Below, piece by piece: positions 9,431 through 19,052 of a stretch of DNA of 32,000 nucleotides. Both the position numbers and the translations under genes were made by a program. Origin of the DNA: an archaeon (GTDB lineage Archaea; Asgardarchaeota; Thorarchaeia; Thorarchaeales; Thorarchaeaceae); NCBI GenBank assembly GCA_024275415.1, contig JAJRZD010000064.1, positions 63,896 to 95,895 of the forward strand, read 5' to 3'. A model generated the notes under the pieces. The model was not told where the DNA came from, did not search any database, and saw only the letters and a program-made list of their open reading frames with translations. Position 1 is the first letter of the stretch. Every line of letters starts with the position of its first letter.

Positions 9431-10687
9431 ATGCAGGTCTATGCCACATTCAATGTTTTCGGGATCTATCTCCTTGATCATGAAAGTAACATACTACACG
9501 AAGTGCTTACATACCCAGATGTGGATGAATCGGTAGACAATGTTAGAAACCTGACCAATGCAGTTGTGACCAACTATCTTGAACGGATTGCAGAGGGAAT
9601 TCCTGATGATGCGACAGTGGTAGTGGCGGACTCCAACTTTGGGTCTGCATTCTCTACGATTGTTCCTGTTCCCATTGAATCTCGGGATAATGACCCCGTG
9701 ATAAAATGGTTCCACACCATTCATGACAGCCAGCTGATAGAACGTGGGGTAGCAAAATCTCGTGAAACAGTCTACTTGTTCCGTAGAGAAGTCGGATTGA
9801 AACTAGCACGGTCTGCTGTCAGTGAGGCAAGCGAAGAAAAAGATTTGTCACTCAAACACGCGATTGATGGGGTAGATGAGATTGATAAATCGATCAATAT
9901 GATAGCGATGCGCCTCAGAGAGTGGTATTCCCTGCATTTTCCATTATTGAATGACATCATCGAAGACCATGAACACTTCGCCAGCATTGTCCGAGTGTGT
10001 GGGAGTAGAACGAATATCACAAAGGAAACCCTCGACATGACCATCATTCCCGACTCCCTAAAAGAGAAGATACTAAGTTCCTCTGACACTCTCGGGGCCA
10101 GCATGACCCCTGCGGATCTGAAGGTGATTCGTTTACTGGCCGAAAGTATCCTTAATCTATATGACCAGAGGAGGGCACTCGAGGAATATGTCTCCACTGT
10201 GATGAATGACATAGCACCAAACATCACGACTCTTGTGGGCCCGCTTGTCGGTGCAAAACTCATCAGGCTTGCTGGCTCACTGAAGGATCTTGCGAGGAAG
10301 CCTTCGAGCACGCTTCAGATCCTAGGGGCAGAAAAGGCTCTCTTTAGAAGTTTGAAGACCGGCGCTGATCCCCCAAAACATGGAGTGATTTACCAGGTTG
10401 CCGAGATCCATTCTGCACCATACTGGCAACGAGGAAAGATCGCACGTGCGTTGGCTGGGAAGCTTTCCATTGCAGCAAAAATAGACGCATATGCAGAATC
10501 CACCACCAAATGCAATCTCAGGGAACAATTTGAAGTCCGGCTAGCCGAGATACAACGCCAGAATCCCAGCGCACCTCCTCCCAAACCCTCTCGTAAAGTC
10601 ACAAGAACTCCACGGAAAACAGCGCATCTCAGAAGATCCCAAGGTGGTCGCACGGGGAACCGAAGGAAAAGAAAAGGAGGGAGATAG
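9431..10687 (+). CDS. nop5: Nop5 (Nop56/58) C/D box sRNP protein
   Basis: RLREWYSLHFP, APNITTLVGPLVGAKLI, PSSTLQILGAEKALF, PPKHGVIYQ, RGKIARALAGK. Likely ATG at 9431. Confidence 0.95.
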   Translation: MQVYATFNVFGIYLLDHESNILHEVLTYPDVDESVDNVRNLTNAVVTNYLERIAEGIPDDATVVVADSNFGSAFSTIVPVPIESRDNDPVIKWFHTIHDSQLIERGVAKSRETVYLFRREVGLKLARSAVSEASEEKDLSLKHAIDGVDEIDKSINMIAMRLREWYSLHFPLLNDIIEDHEHFASIVRVCGSRTNITKETLDMTIIPDSLKEKILSSSDTLGASMTPADLKVIRLLAESILNLYDQRRALEEYVSTVMNDIAPNITTLVGPLVGAKLIRLAGSLKDLARKPSSTLQILGAEKALFRSLKTGADPPKHGVIYQVAEIHSAPYWQRGKIARALAGKLSIAAKIDAYAESTTKCNLREQFEVRLAEIQRQNPSAPPPKPSRKVTRTPRKTAHLRRSQGGRTGNRRKRKGGR

Positions 10688-10688
10688 G

Positions 10689-11387
10689 TTGAACGTCACC
10701 GTAAAGCAACACAGATTCCCTGGCATATTCTTAATGGAAGAAAATGGTAAGTCCTCATTATCCACACGATCCCTTGTACCTCGTCAGAGTGTCTATGGCG
10801 AAAAGGTCATTCTCATTGAGAACAACCACTATCGTTTCTGGTCGACGAGAAGGTCAAAGCTTGCTGCTGGAATCAAGAACGGATTACGAGAAATGCCCAT
10901 CCAGCCTGGTTCGCGCGTCCTTTATCTAGGCGCATCATCTGGAACTACTGTGAGCCATGTTTCAGACATCGTGGGGCCAGAAGGTGTAGTGTATGCTGTG
11001 GAATTCTCATCACAGGTTGCAAGAAAACTGATATGGCTTTCAGAGTCACGTAGTAATATCATCCCTATCATAAGTGATGCACGATATCCTTCATCATATG
11101 CGCCTCTTGTAGGTGGGCCTGTTGATATCGTCTATCAGGACGTTGCCCAGTCAGACCAGTCTCGGATTTTCCTAGACAATCTCTCGTTTTATTGCTCACT
11201 TGGCGCCTATGGGATATTGGCAATTAAAGCTCGAAGCATAGACTCGGTTTCTGAAACCTCTGACATATTCGAGCGTGAAGTGGCTAACATTGCTTCTCAG
11301 GGGATGGAGATTATTGATAATGTGAACCTTGAACCCTTGGAAAAGGATCACAGACTTGTGGTTGTCAGAATCGCAGAGGAGTTGTAA
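10689..11387 (+). CDS. flpA: Fibrillarin-like rRNA/tRNA 2'-O-methyltransferase
   Basis: RSKLAA, VLYLGASSGTTVSHVSDIVG, DARYP, YQDVAQ. Likely TTG start at 10689 behind GGAGG. Confidence 0.95.
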   Translation: MNVTVKQHRFPGIFLMEENGKSSLSTRSLVPRQSVYGEKVILIENNHYRFWSTRRSKLAAGIKNGLREMPIQPGSRVLYLGASSGTTVSHVSDIVGPEGVVYAVEFSSQVARKLIWLSESRSNIIPIISDARYPSSYAPLVGGPVDIVYQDVAQSDQSRIFLDNLSFYCSLGAYGILAIKARSIDSVSETSDIFEREVANIASQGMEIIDNVNLEPLEKDHRLVVVRIAEEL

Positions 11388-11388
11388 C

Positions 11389-11841
11389 ATGAGCAGGATA
11401 ATTGAACGGATGCTTGAGAACGATATCGATACGGCAAATGACCATTTGCCCGCCAAGAAAAAAAGCCTCGAGTCCCTTACTCAGGAAGATGCACCTAGCT
11501 ATCACACTCGTAGTGGGGAACTCTCTCGGTTCCTAGTGGAGGAGATCGAGCATCTGGCCAAGGATATTCCACGGGGTTTCCATCCCACATTCATGCTTCC
11601 TATAATCATGCTTCGGCGCATGGATCTTGGCAGAGGCATCTACACGATTGCGGGTTCAAAGACCGAGCTATTCTTCATCCATAGAACCCTTAGCAATGGC
11701 ACTCTTGAATGGATCGATTTACCGAATTGGCGTCCTATCGAACGACTTGCGCGTCCCCAGGTTCAGATGATCCGGAGGATGTTGCCATCCACAACTTGCC
11801 TTGGTTTCACTATATCGATAAGGTTCGATGACACTTCCTAA
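11389..11841 (+). CDS. DUF61 (UPF0216) family protein
   Basis: NDHLPAKKKSLESL and LPIIMLR pattern; usual neighbour of nop5-fibrillarin; ATG 1 nt after the flpA stop. Confidence 0.7.
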   Translation: MSRIIERMLENDIDTANDHLPAKKKSLESLTQEDAPSYHTRSGELSRFLVEEIEHLAKDIPRGFHPTFMLPIIMLRRMDLGRGIYTIAGSKTELFFIHRTLSNGTLEWIDLPNWRPIERLARPQVQMIRRMLPSTTCLGFTISIRFDDTS

Positions 11842-11906
11842 CAGTTTATTTCATAATTAGTTATGCTGAAAAGGCTAGGTGGAATAAATAAACACTGGTA
11901 ATCACA

Positions 11907-12869
11907 ATGACAAAAGCCCGTGGACATCTAATAGACGAGATAATCAGCTCTCTAGAGGACGCTGGGTTCGATCTGTCATCTCGTTGTGATGTCCGTCCTA
12001 GCTGTTTCGATCTTGTGGCACGGAAGGACGACCAGCTCGTTCTGATCAAGATTCTATCAAACGTCGATGCACTGTCTGAGGAAGATGCTCTCGCTCTTCA
12101 AATGGTTGCACATTTTTTCAATGCCACTCCTCTGATTGTAGGAAGCAAAACCAGAAGAGGGAATCTTGACTCTGGTGTGGTCTACAAACGATATGGCGTA
12201 TCCACGATATCTCCAAAAAGCCTCTCGGCAATCATTGAAGAACAGCAAATGCCGCGAGAATTCATTCAACGAGGGGGACGATTCGTGGCTATTGACGGGT
12301 CAAAGCTGGAACAGGTCAGGGTTTCTCATAACATGACGAAAGAAGAGCTTGCCAGCTGCGTTGAGGTTTCAGCCAGAGCAATTCTTGCTTATGAAAAGGA
12401 CGAGATGGATGTGAGTACCGATGTGGCTTCTCGCCTTGAGAAAGTTTTGGAAACCGATTTGATCATCCCGATTGATGTCCTGCATCACCGCCCCTCATCC
12501 CCTCCATCACAAAAAACAAAATCCACAATGGAAATCTCAGACATTGAAGTCAGAGTCAACCAGTTCTTTGCTCGGCTAGGGATGCAGGTCTTGTGGAGTG
12601 ACCGTGCTCCTTTCCATGTAGCTGCTAAAGAGGATGGGCCTCCGGTCATATCAGGAATAGGTTCTATCAGAAGCTGGGGGCTACAGAAACGCATCGAGAT
12701 CCTCAAGAGCGTGTCGGAAGTGACCGAGTCTGATGCTATTATCATTGTGGAAGAAGGTTCCGTCGATGAGAATGTTTCCGAGCTTCCTGTGATACGACAG
12801 TTGGAATTAGACGAGATTGAAAAACCTCGTGAATTGAAAAAGATAATCTCAGAACGCTCAGGCAGCTAG
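11907..12869 (+). CDS. Archaeal HTH transcriptional regulator with N-terminal nuclease-like fold (COG1395-like)
   Basis: SCFDLVARK..LIKILSNVD, then RGGRFVAIDG..L...R and a Cro-type HTH (AILAYEK). Confidence 0.85.
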   Translation: MTKARGHLIDEIISSLEDAGFDLSSRCDVRPSCFDLVARKDDQLVLIKILSNVDALSEEDALALQMVAHFFNATPLIVGSKTRRGNLDSGVVYKRYGVSTISPKSLSAIIEEQQMPREFIQRGGRFVAIDGSKLEQVRVSHNMTKEELASCVEVSARAILAYEKDEMDVSTDVASRLEKVLETDLIIPIDVLHHRPSSPPSQKTKSTMEISDIEVRVNQFFARLGMQVLWSDRAPFHVAAKEDGPPVISGIGSIRSWGLQKRIEILKSVSEVTESDAIIIVEEGSVDENVSELPVIRQLELDEIEKPRELKKIISERSGS

Positions 12870-13555
12870 TCCTCTAATGTACTCTGCATCGATCCTTTTG
12901 CCTCTATCCTCTTCGATACTGATTTCCATGTGCTCCTGATGAATGTGGGCAATTCCCTATTCTCCTCCAGCATTCTCTCAAGGTACCTGATAGATTTAGG
13001 GTCTGAAGGATATCCAGATCCAAAGTTTCCATACCTCTCATGCAATCTCGCAATCTCTGAATCACGTCTTACTTTCGCCAGTATTGAAGCAGCAGCGACT
13101 ATCGTGTATCTCTCATCAGCTTGATGTTCTGAAACTATTTTGCATCCTCTCTTAAGCAATCCAGAACGTTCTCCTATAACCTTCCCAAACCTATCACTAT
13201 TGACATCTGCCGCATCAAGGTAGAGTTCGGTGGGCGCAATTCTTTTCGCCACATCCACAAAGGCACCTACCTCCATCTCGTTAAGGGTCACTCGGTTCTG
13301 TCTTCTCCTGTCTATCTCGCTTGCAGAAATGATGACGTATTCCGCGCTTTGTATACACCCGCGGATGCTTTGCTCCATGCGTTCTCTTTGCCTCGTAGAG
13401 AGGGTCTTCGAGTCCCTCACACCCAATTCTTTTAGAGCCGCGATTGCCTTTCCGTTTGCCAAGACTCCACATACCACCAGCGGCCCAAACATGGGCCCTC
13501 TGCCAGCCTCGTCAATCCCCCCAATGCCCCTTCGTAAGTTGCCTTTGGAATCCAT
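12866..13555 (-). CDS. rnhB: Ribonuclease HII
   Basis: GIDEAGRGPMFGPLVVCG, DSKTL, AAASILAKVRRD, GSGYPSDP. Confidence 0.96.
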   Translation of the reverse strand: MDSKGNLRRGIGGIDEAGRGPMFGPLVVCGVLANGKAIAALKELGVRDSKTLSTRQRERMEQSIRGCIQSAEYVIISASEIDRRRQNRVTLNEMEVGAFVDVAKRIAPTELYLDAADVNSDRFGKVIGERSGLLKRGCKIVSEHQADERYTIVAAASILAKVRRDSEIARLHERYGNFGSGYPSDPKSIRYLERMLEENRELPTFIRSTWKSVSKRIEAKGSMQSTLED

Positions 13556-13627
13556 ATCTCTCTCTCTCGTAGTGTTTCTATTTTATGATGTCGCATGATC
13601 AGTAATCGATTTTGTGCAAGAAGGAGA

Positions 13628-13747
13628 ATGTGGCAGCTTGCTGACTTCTCACGGGCTCGCGCACCGCAGACTTTCAGCAACGTCACCGAGGCTTAACGTC
13701 CGAGTTCGGCCGGGATCGGGTGAGCCCTCGGGACTATGGCCGCCATC
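13628..13747 (-). rRNA. rrf: 5S rRNA (stand-alone gene; ends approximate)
   Basis: Minus strand GAUGGCGGCCAUAG...CCGAACUCGGACGUUAAGCC...GUGCGCGAGCCCG...GCUGCCAC; helix I UGGCGGC/GCUGCCA pairs; about 120 nt. Confidence 0.93.
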
Positions 13748-13770
13748 AAGTTCGTGTTCCAACGCATTTG

Positions 13771-13787
13771 GTTTTAAAGATTACTCT
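13771..13787 (-). promoter_or_regulatory. 5S rRNA promoter (BRE plus TATA TTTAAAAC)
   Basis: Minus strand AGAGTAATCTTTAAAAC, ending about 24 nt before the 5S 5' end. Confidence 0.65.
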
Positions 13788-13898
13788 AGTGACCATGGTT
13801 TCATGTTTTTCATGGAGTTTTGCAGCAGTTTCGTGATATTGTCGATGTCCTGCCAATACCACATTGTATTAATTAGCAATCTCCAAGACCGGATTGAC

Positions 13899-15503
13899 AT
13901 GTCCGGGCAGCCTGATGAATATCTTCTGTATAGAGAAATCATAGATCACCTGCTGAAAGATGAAGCTAGGCTAACGAAGGCATCAGTAAACAAGATCAAG
14001 AACAAGATTTGTGCCAAGTACCAGAAGGACAGAACTCCTTCAAATGCTGATATATTACAAGCAGCCACTCCTGAAGAGTTGGATGTACTCCGTCCTGTTC
14101 TATTGAAACGCCCTGTCAGGACAATATCCGGAGTTGCAATAGTTGCGGTCATGACGAAACCACATGCATGCCCCCATGGAAAATGTGCATATTGCCCTGG
14201 AGGTCCTGACTTGGGAGTTCCCCAAAGTTATACTGGTCATGAGCCTGCCACCATGAGAGGGATTCAGAACGAGTTCGACCCATACCGTCAGGTGGAAAGT
14301 CGGCTGGAACAGCTGGATGCCACTGGTCATAGCGTCAACAAGGTAGAGTTGATAGTGATGGGCGGGGACTGGTGCTCCAAAGAACCGGACTATCGGGAAG
14401 GGTTCGTCAAACGTTGTCTTGATGCAATGAACAGGATGACTAGTCCGAGCCTGCAGGATGCAATGACTCGCAATGAATCGTCCGCTGTTCGGAATGTTGG
14501 GATCACTTTCGAAACACGGCCTGATTGGATCAATACCGCAACCATTGACGATATGCTCCGGATGGGTGCAACAAGAGTTGAGTTGGGCGTACAAACCCTG
14601 TCGGACGAGGTTCTTGAGAATGTCCAGAGGGGTCATGGAACTGATGCCACAATACAAGCAACAAAGTTGTTACGTGACTGTGGCATCAAGGTCTGCTATC
14701 ATATGATGCCTGGTCTTCCTGGAAGTACGCCTGACGAGGACATTGCAGTTTTTGAGGAGTTATTCTCTGACCCTCAGTATCGCCCCGACATGTTGAAGAT
14801 TTATCCCACTATCGTTGTAAAGAATACCAAGCTCTACGACTGGTGGAAGAACGGAGAGTTCACTCCCTATACGACAGACCAGATTGTGGATATCGTTTCG
14901 CTTGCAGTAAGCAGAATGCCTGAATATGTCAGGATACAACGGATGCAAAGAGACATCCCATTGCATCAGATTGAGGCAGGCTTGGATCGTGGCAATTTGC
15001 GTGAGCTCGTCCATGCAAAGATGAGGGAACAGGGTTTCAGAAATCCAACCATTAGATATAGAGAGATCGGACATTACCAGATGCGTTCGGGTACGGATAT
15101 CGATTTCTCAGAAATGGAGATGATCCGTAGGAACTATGATGCCTCGGATGGGACTGAGGTATTCCTCTCTTTCGAGAATCTGGAACATGATGTCCTCTTT
15201 GGGTTCTTGCGACTTCGTTCTCCCAGCATTGAGGCATACCGTCCGGAGATACTCAAGTTTTCTTGTACCATAATACGTGAACTACGAGTATACGGCCCGG
15301 TGGTTGATATTGGTGCTCGAATGGATGATGCTTGGCAGCATCTTGGTCTAGGCGAACAACTGATTGATATGGCTGCCGAGGTTTCGCTTACGGAATTCGA
15401 CGCGAAGCGCATTCTTGTTAATAGCGGTATCGGTGTAAAGCAATATTACCGAAACCTTGGATTCTGGGATGAAGGCCCGTATCTGGCAAGAGACCTCCAC
15501 TAG
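13899..15503 (+). CDS. elp3: Elp3 tRNA U34 carboxymethylase (radical SAM plus GNAT)
   Basis: RTISGVAIVAVMTKP, CPHGKCAYC, ETRPD, RVELGVQ, LKIYP, RELRVYG, QHLGLG. ATG at 13899; the longer ORF-track start overlaps the 5S gene. Confidence 0.95.
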   Translation: MSGQPDEYLLYREIIDHLLKDEARLTKASVNKIKNKICAKYQKDRTPSNADILQAATPEELDVLRPVLLKRPVRTISGVAIVAVMTKPHACPHGKCAYCPGGPDLGVPQSYTGHEPATMRGIQNEFDPYRQVESRLEQLDATGHSVNKVELIVMGGDWCSKEPDYREGFVKRCLDAMNRMTSPSLQDAMTRNESSAVRNVGITFETRPDWINTATIDDMLRMGATRVELGVQTLSDEVLENVQRGHGTDATIQATKLLRDCGIKVCYHMMPGLPGSTPDEDIAVFEELFSDPQYRPDMLKIYPTIVVKNTKLYDWWKNGEFTPYTTDQIVDIVSLAVSRMPEYVRIQRMQRDIPLHQIEAGLDRGNLRELVHAKMREQGFRNPTIRYREIGHYQMRSGTDIDFSEMEMIRRNYDASDGTEVFLSFENLEHDVLFGFLRLRSPSIEAYRPEILKFSCTIIRELRVYGPVVDIGARMDDAWQHLGLGEQLIDMAAEVSLTEFDAKRILVNSGIGVKQYYRNLGFWDEGPYLARDLH

Positions 15504-15762
15504 TATTTCAGTGTAGCACAGGATGAAGAATGCCCCAACCAAGTGTCGGCATCCACCAATCAAAAGACGTTTTGCACTCCCCGTCGTTGAAGACTTGATA
15601 TCCTAATGGAGCTTGATTAAAATTGAAACCTAGCAAGATTATATATCAAACATCAAAAAGGCAAGTCCTATAGCACTCTGGTCAATGTAGTTTAGTTCGA
15701 CAAGAATGAACTACCTTGGAAAGAACTGCAAGCGATAAAGTGTCGAACTTTGTAGTGAAAAA

Positions 15763-15883
15763 TGGCGCCGAGGATGAGATTCGAACTCATGCGTGACAAA
15801 GCACACTGGTTATCTTGATCCTCAGCATCTGAGGATATTGATTTTCAAGACCAGCGCCGTAATCCTGGCTTGGCTACCTCGGC
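15763..15883 (-). tRNA. tRNA-Ser(UGA) with 32-nt intron at 37/38 (15812-15843), CCA encoded
   Basis: Acceptor stem GCCGAGG/CCTCGGC, G73, long variable arm; bulge-helix-bulge (BHB) with central CTTG/CAAG and bulges AAA and ATA. Confidence 0.93.
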
Positions 15884-15968
15884 ATTGCAATCTACTTGAC
15901 TGCTTGTTTTCACTCCATTGGAAATGCCTTTTAAGCTTCTTGTCATGGCGAGCTCTGTTGTGCATACG

Positions 15969-16403
15969 ATGACTGATCAGGGATTCCGCTTTCATGAGCA
16001 TACCGCTGATATAACTGTAGAGTGCTGGGCACCAACCCTTGAGCTCGCTTTTGCTGAAGCAGCACTCGCAACATTCGAGGTCATCATGGACACTTCTACT
16101 GTGTCCCCACTTGAGCCAACATACGTTTCTGTTTCAGGTTTTGATTTGAGCGAGCTACTAGTGGAATGGGTTGGGCACATTATCGCGCTAATAGACCTTG
16201 AGCACAAGTTCTATTCGAAATTTGAGGTCACTATGATTGACCGAACAGACGAGGAGTACTATTTGAAGGGTGTAGCATGGGGTGAAGAGATTGATTTGGA
16301 CAAACACATTACTCGCACAGAGGTCAAGGCGATGACATACGCCGACCTACGGATTGACACCGAAGAGCTTCTGACCAGAATCTGGTTCACGTTGGATTTA
16401 TGA
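15969..16403 (+). CDS. Archease (RtcB tRNA-ligase activator)
   Basis: FRFHEHTADI, TLELAFAEAA, EVKAMTY, FTLDL C-terminus; ATG at 15969. Confidence 0.92.
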   Translation: MTDQGFRFHEHTADITVECWAPTLELAFAEAALATFEVIMDTSTVSPLEPTYVSVSGFDLSELLVEWVGHIIALIDLEHKFYSKFEVTMIDRTDEEYYLKGVAWGEEIDLDKHITRTEVKAMTYADLRIDTEELLTRIWFTLDL

Positions 16404-16415
16404 GGATGATATTCG

Positions 16416-17267
16416 GTGACTTTTGAATGTGCCTTACCCGATGTGTCACTGGCTGACTGTTCTGATTTGCGACAAAAGACCATCAAGGTTGGTCAGCTTG
16501 GCCGGTCTTTTGCCATCACGAAAGTCGATAGAGTTGTCCTGTATCGAACGAAAGAGCACGGAAGGTTCCAGAAGGACCTGTTCCTTCTTGAGAAGTTGTT
16601 GCGCTATATGGATACCCCTCAATATCTCAGACGTACGGCCTTTCCGATGAGCCCCTCCTTGCGATTCAGTGGGATGCTTCCTCCTTTAAGGGGTCGCAGC
16701 CATCCGTTAGAAACCTCCCTTGACTCTCTCGACGATAGTACTGTCCGATGGGGCATTCAAGTACGACCCGGACTGGTCGACTTGGGCGTGGGTTCGATGA
16801 TTGAGTATAACGGTAGCCTTAGAACACGTGTTCCAACAATCTTTCATGTTTCGAAGAACCGAAATGGGGTTTCTTTAGAGCCTATTCAACGTTCATCCAT
16901 ACCCTATTACTTCGGATTTGAAGTAGTGATAGTGCCGAGTCTGACCGAATACCTCAAGGTAAACCGTTCGAAGACCCGCATTGCTTTCTCACGACAGGGA
17001 ATCCCATTCCAAAGGATGACATCAGAAATAGAAGCGGTTCTCAAAAGTACTAAGGGGGCATTGGCAGTATTCGGTGGCCCTTACTCAGGAGTCCGTGATC
17101 TTGTTGATGATTCCGATATGCTGAAGGAGAACATCGACTTCTGGGTCAATACTATCCCGAACCAAGGGACTGAAACTGTCCGGTTAGAAGAGGCTGTGTT
17201 GATATCAACGGGTCTACTGAACACCTTTTTTGGAAGTATGATTTCGAAACTCGGCTACTATGAGTGA
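16416..17267 (+). CDS. SPOUT-family RNA methyltransferase (DUF171/COG2106-like)
   Basis: KVGQLGRSFAI, YMDTPQYLRR, GMLPPL, VFGGP, NTIPNQGTETVRLEEA. Confidence 0.88.
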   Translation: MTFECALPDVSLADCSDLRQKTIKVGQLGRSFAITKVDRVVLYRTKEHGRFQKDLFLLEKLLRYMDTPQYLRRTAFPMSPSLRFSGMLPPLRGRSHPLETSLDSLDDSTVRWGIQVRPGLVDLGVGSMIEYNGSLRTRVPTIFHVSKNRNGVSLEPIQRSSIPYYFGFEVVIVPSLTEYLKVNRSKTRIAFSRQGIPFQRMTSEIEAVLKSTKGALAVFGGPYSGVRDLVDDSDMLKENIDFWVNTIPNQGTETVRLEEAVLISTGLLNTFFGSMISKLGYYE

Positions 17268-18485
17268 CTACTTTGAGCCTTTTGCACTTACAATCTTGAT
17301 GACAGCTCTGTCTTCCAAAACATGGTTTTCACCAATCCGCATTTTCGTCCGAGCATCAATCGCATGGATGAAGGATTCCATGAGATCTGTATGAATGACT
17401 CCTGCGAACTCCTTTACAGTGGTTCCTTTTGGCACCAAGTACACATCGGGCAGAACGTTTCCATCACTGTCCGTCAATGAATTGGCATCATGCACAGGGT
17501 AGACAGTTATCATATTGAGGTACTCAAAGACTGCGTTATTCAAGAGATTTTGTACTCCCGAACCTCCATACTTCTTGAGAATATCTGACTTGATTCGCTC
17601 AAGCTGAACCACTTCCTGATCATTGAGCTTGTCCTTCTCGATAATCTCAAAATCATCATTGCCAGGAATGTACCTGATTATCCCCTTCTTGTCAAGATCC
17701 TTAAGGATTTTCTCTGTAAGCGCACTGACAGGCACGACAAGATAATCGGGGAACTCCTTCCTCAGCCTTTCAAGGTTCACTTCTGCATTTGGGCGATCTA
17801 TCTTGTTTGCTGCGATGATAATCGGTTTTGCAACAGCCCTAAGCATGGAAACAAACTTCTTGATCTCCTCATCAGTCCATTTGTCTGCTGTATTGCCTGA
17901 TAGCCCTGATGCTCTAAGTGCTTGAAGAATGTGAGTTCGCGTGATTTGGAGTCCTGACAACTTTGACAACAGCAGCTCGTCAAGTTTTGCACCCTCTGCT
18001 CTGACTCGCGAAGCGATTCTTCTCCAGTCCTTAGTGATTATACCATATATCCATTCAGTTATTTCAGTTTCGAGGAATCGTACATCCTCAGCAGGATCAT
18101 GACTGCCAGCCGTCACCTCCTGTCCTTCCGAGTCCAGTGCCCCACTGGCATCGATTATATGTATAAGGACATCAGCCTCTCGAAGGTCATCTAGGAATTG
18201 GTTACCCATCCCGCGCCCTTCGTGAGCCCCTGGTACCAGCCCTGCAACATCGATGAGCTTTATTGGGACTAATCGTACTCCATCTATACAGATCGAGTTC
18301 TTCGGGTTGTCATCCACTCCGAAATCCCTACAAGCGCATGGAGTCCGTACGTGGGTCACACCCATATTGGCTTCTATTGTGGTGAAGGGATAGCTTCCAA
18401 CTTTAAAGTCTGTCAGGCATGCAGCGTTTGTGAACGAGGTCTTTCCACAAGACGGTTTCCCAACAATTCCCACACTGAATCCCAT
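17268..18485 (-). CDS. ychF: YchF/Obg-family translation-associated NTPase
   Basis: GKPSCGKTS, YPFTTIEAN, DVAGLVPGAHEGRGMGNQFLDD, NKID, C-terminal TGS domain. Confidence 0.93.
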   Translation of the reverse strand: MGFSVGIVGKPSCGKTSFTNAACLTDFKVGSYPFTTIEANMGVTHVRTPCACRDFGVDDNPKNSICIDGVRLVPIKLIDVAGLVPGAHEGRGMGNQFLDDLREADVLIHIIDASGALDSEGQEVTAGSHDPAEDVRFLETEITEWIYGIITKDWRRIASRVRAEGAKLDELLLSKLSGLQITRTHILQALRASGLSGNTADKWTDEEIKKFVSMLRAVAKPIIIAANKIDRPNAEVNLERLRKEFPDYLVVPVSALTEKILKDLDKKGIIRYIPGNDDFEIIEKDKLNDQEVVQLERIKSDILKKYGGSGVQNLLNNAVFEYLNMITVYPVHDANSLTDSDGNVLPDVYLVPKGTTVKEFAGVIHTDLMESFIHAIDARTKMRIGENHVLEDRAVIKIVSAKGSK

Positions 18486-18740
18486 GTAGAACACTCCAAC
18501 TGCTTCAAGACCTTACAGCTTCCTAAATAAATGGATATGGATTCTGTGAGGTATTGTGTGTCTTATGAACCTGCCATTTTTTGAAAGAATGTTTCTTTCG
18601 TTATAACATGTCATTCCCTCAGCATAGATTTCAAAATTACATTTGGTAGGCATGACCAGTAAGACACATTCAGTATGAATTATTATGGATGGAAAGATAA
18701 TTATGTAGGTTCCAAAATGGAATATATGGAATTGGTGATA

Positions 18741-19052
18741 ATGCACAGAAGAAGACGCGGAGGCAGAGGAAGGTTTCCGATACAACCCACCATTGGAAAG
18801 GAACCCAAGGCAAAACAACTGACCCCAAAGCCAATTGCTGATGCGAATGAGATCTATCTAGACTTGGCAGAAGCCGAGGTCTTGCGTCTTGTAGATATTG
18901 AGGGACTATATCAAGAACAAGCGGGTGAGATGATGGGCGTGTCTAGGGGTACTGTGTGGCGACTGCTTGCAAGTGCAAGACGAAAGATTGCACGCTCCCT
19001 TTTTGAAGGACGCCCCCTCGTTGTTGGAATTGAGTCCGCTCCACGCCAGTAA
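18741..19052 (+). CDS. DUF134-domain HTH protein
   Basis: EAEVLRLVDIEGLYQEQAGEMMGVSRGTVWRLLASARRKIA; likely ATG at 18741 behind GGTGA. Confidence 0.88.
   Translation: MHRRRRGGRGRFPIQPTIGKEPKAKQLTPKPIADANEIYLDLAEAEVLRLVDIEGLYQEQAGEMMGVSRGTVWRLLASARRKIARSLFEGRPLVVGIESAPRQ

Noticed and set aside
9001-9477. 158-aa plus-strand ORF and the many other long antisense ORFs in the track
   Set aside because: Shadows of well-supported genes on the opposite strand or frame, with no motifs of their own.
13614-13898. 95-aa N-terminal extension of Elp3 in the ORF track
   Set aside because: It is the antisense of the 5S rRNA gene and its promoter; homology begins near ATG 13899.
15504-15762. Small ORF or C/D box sRNA in the elp3-tRNA gap
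   Set aside because: No convincing ORF and no properly ordered C and D boxes.
18689-18731. Three ATGGAA hexamers and TTCCA-AAA-TGGAA upstream of DUF134
   Set aside because: Short, irregularly spaced and in AT-rich DNA; cannot be distinguished from chance.
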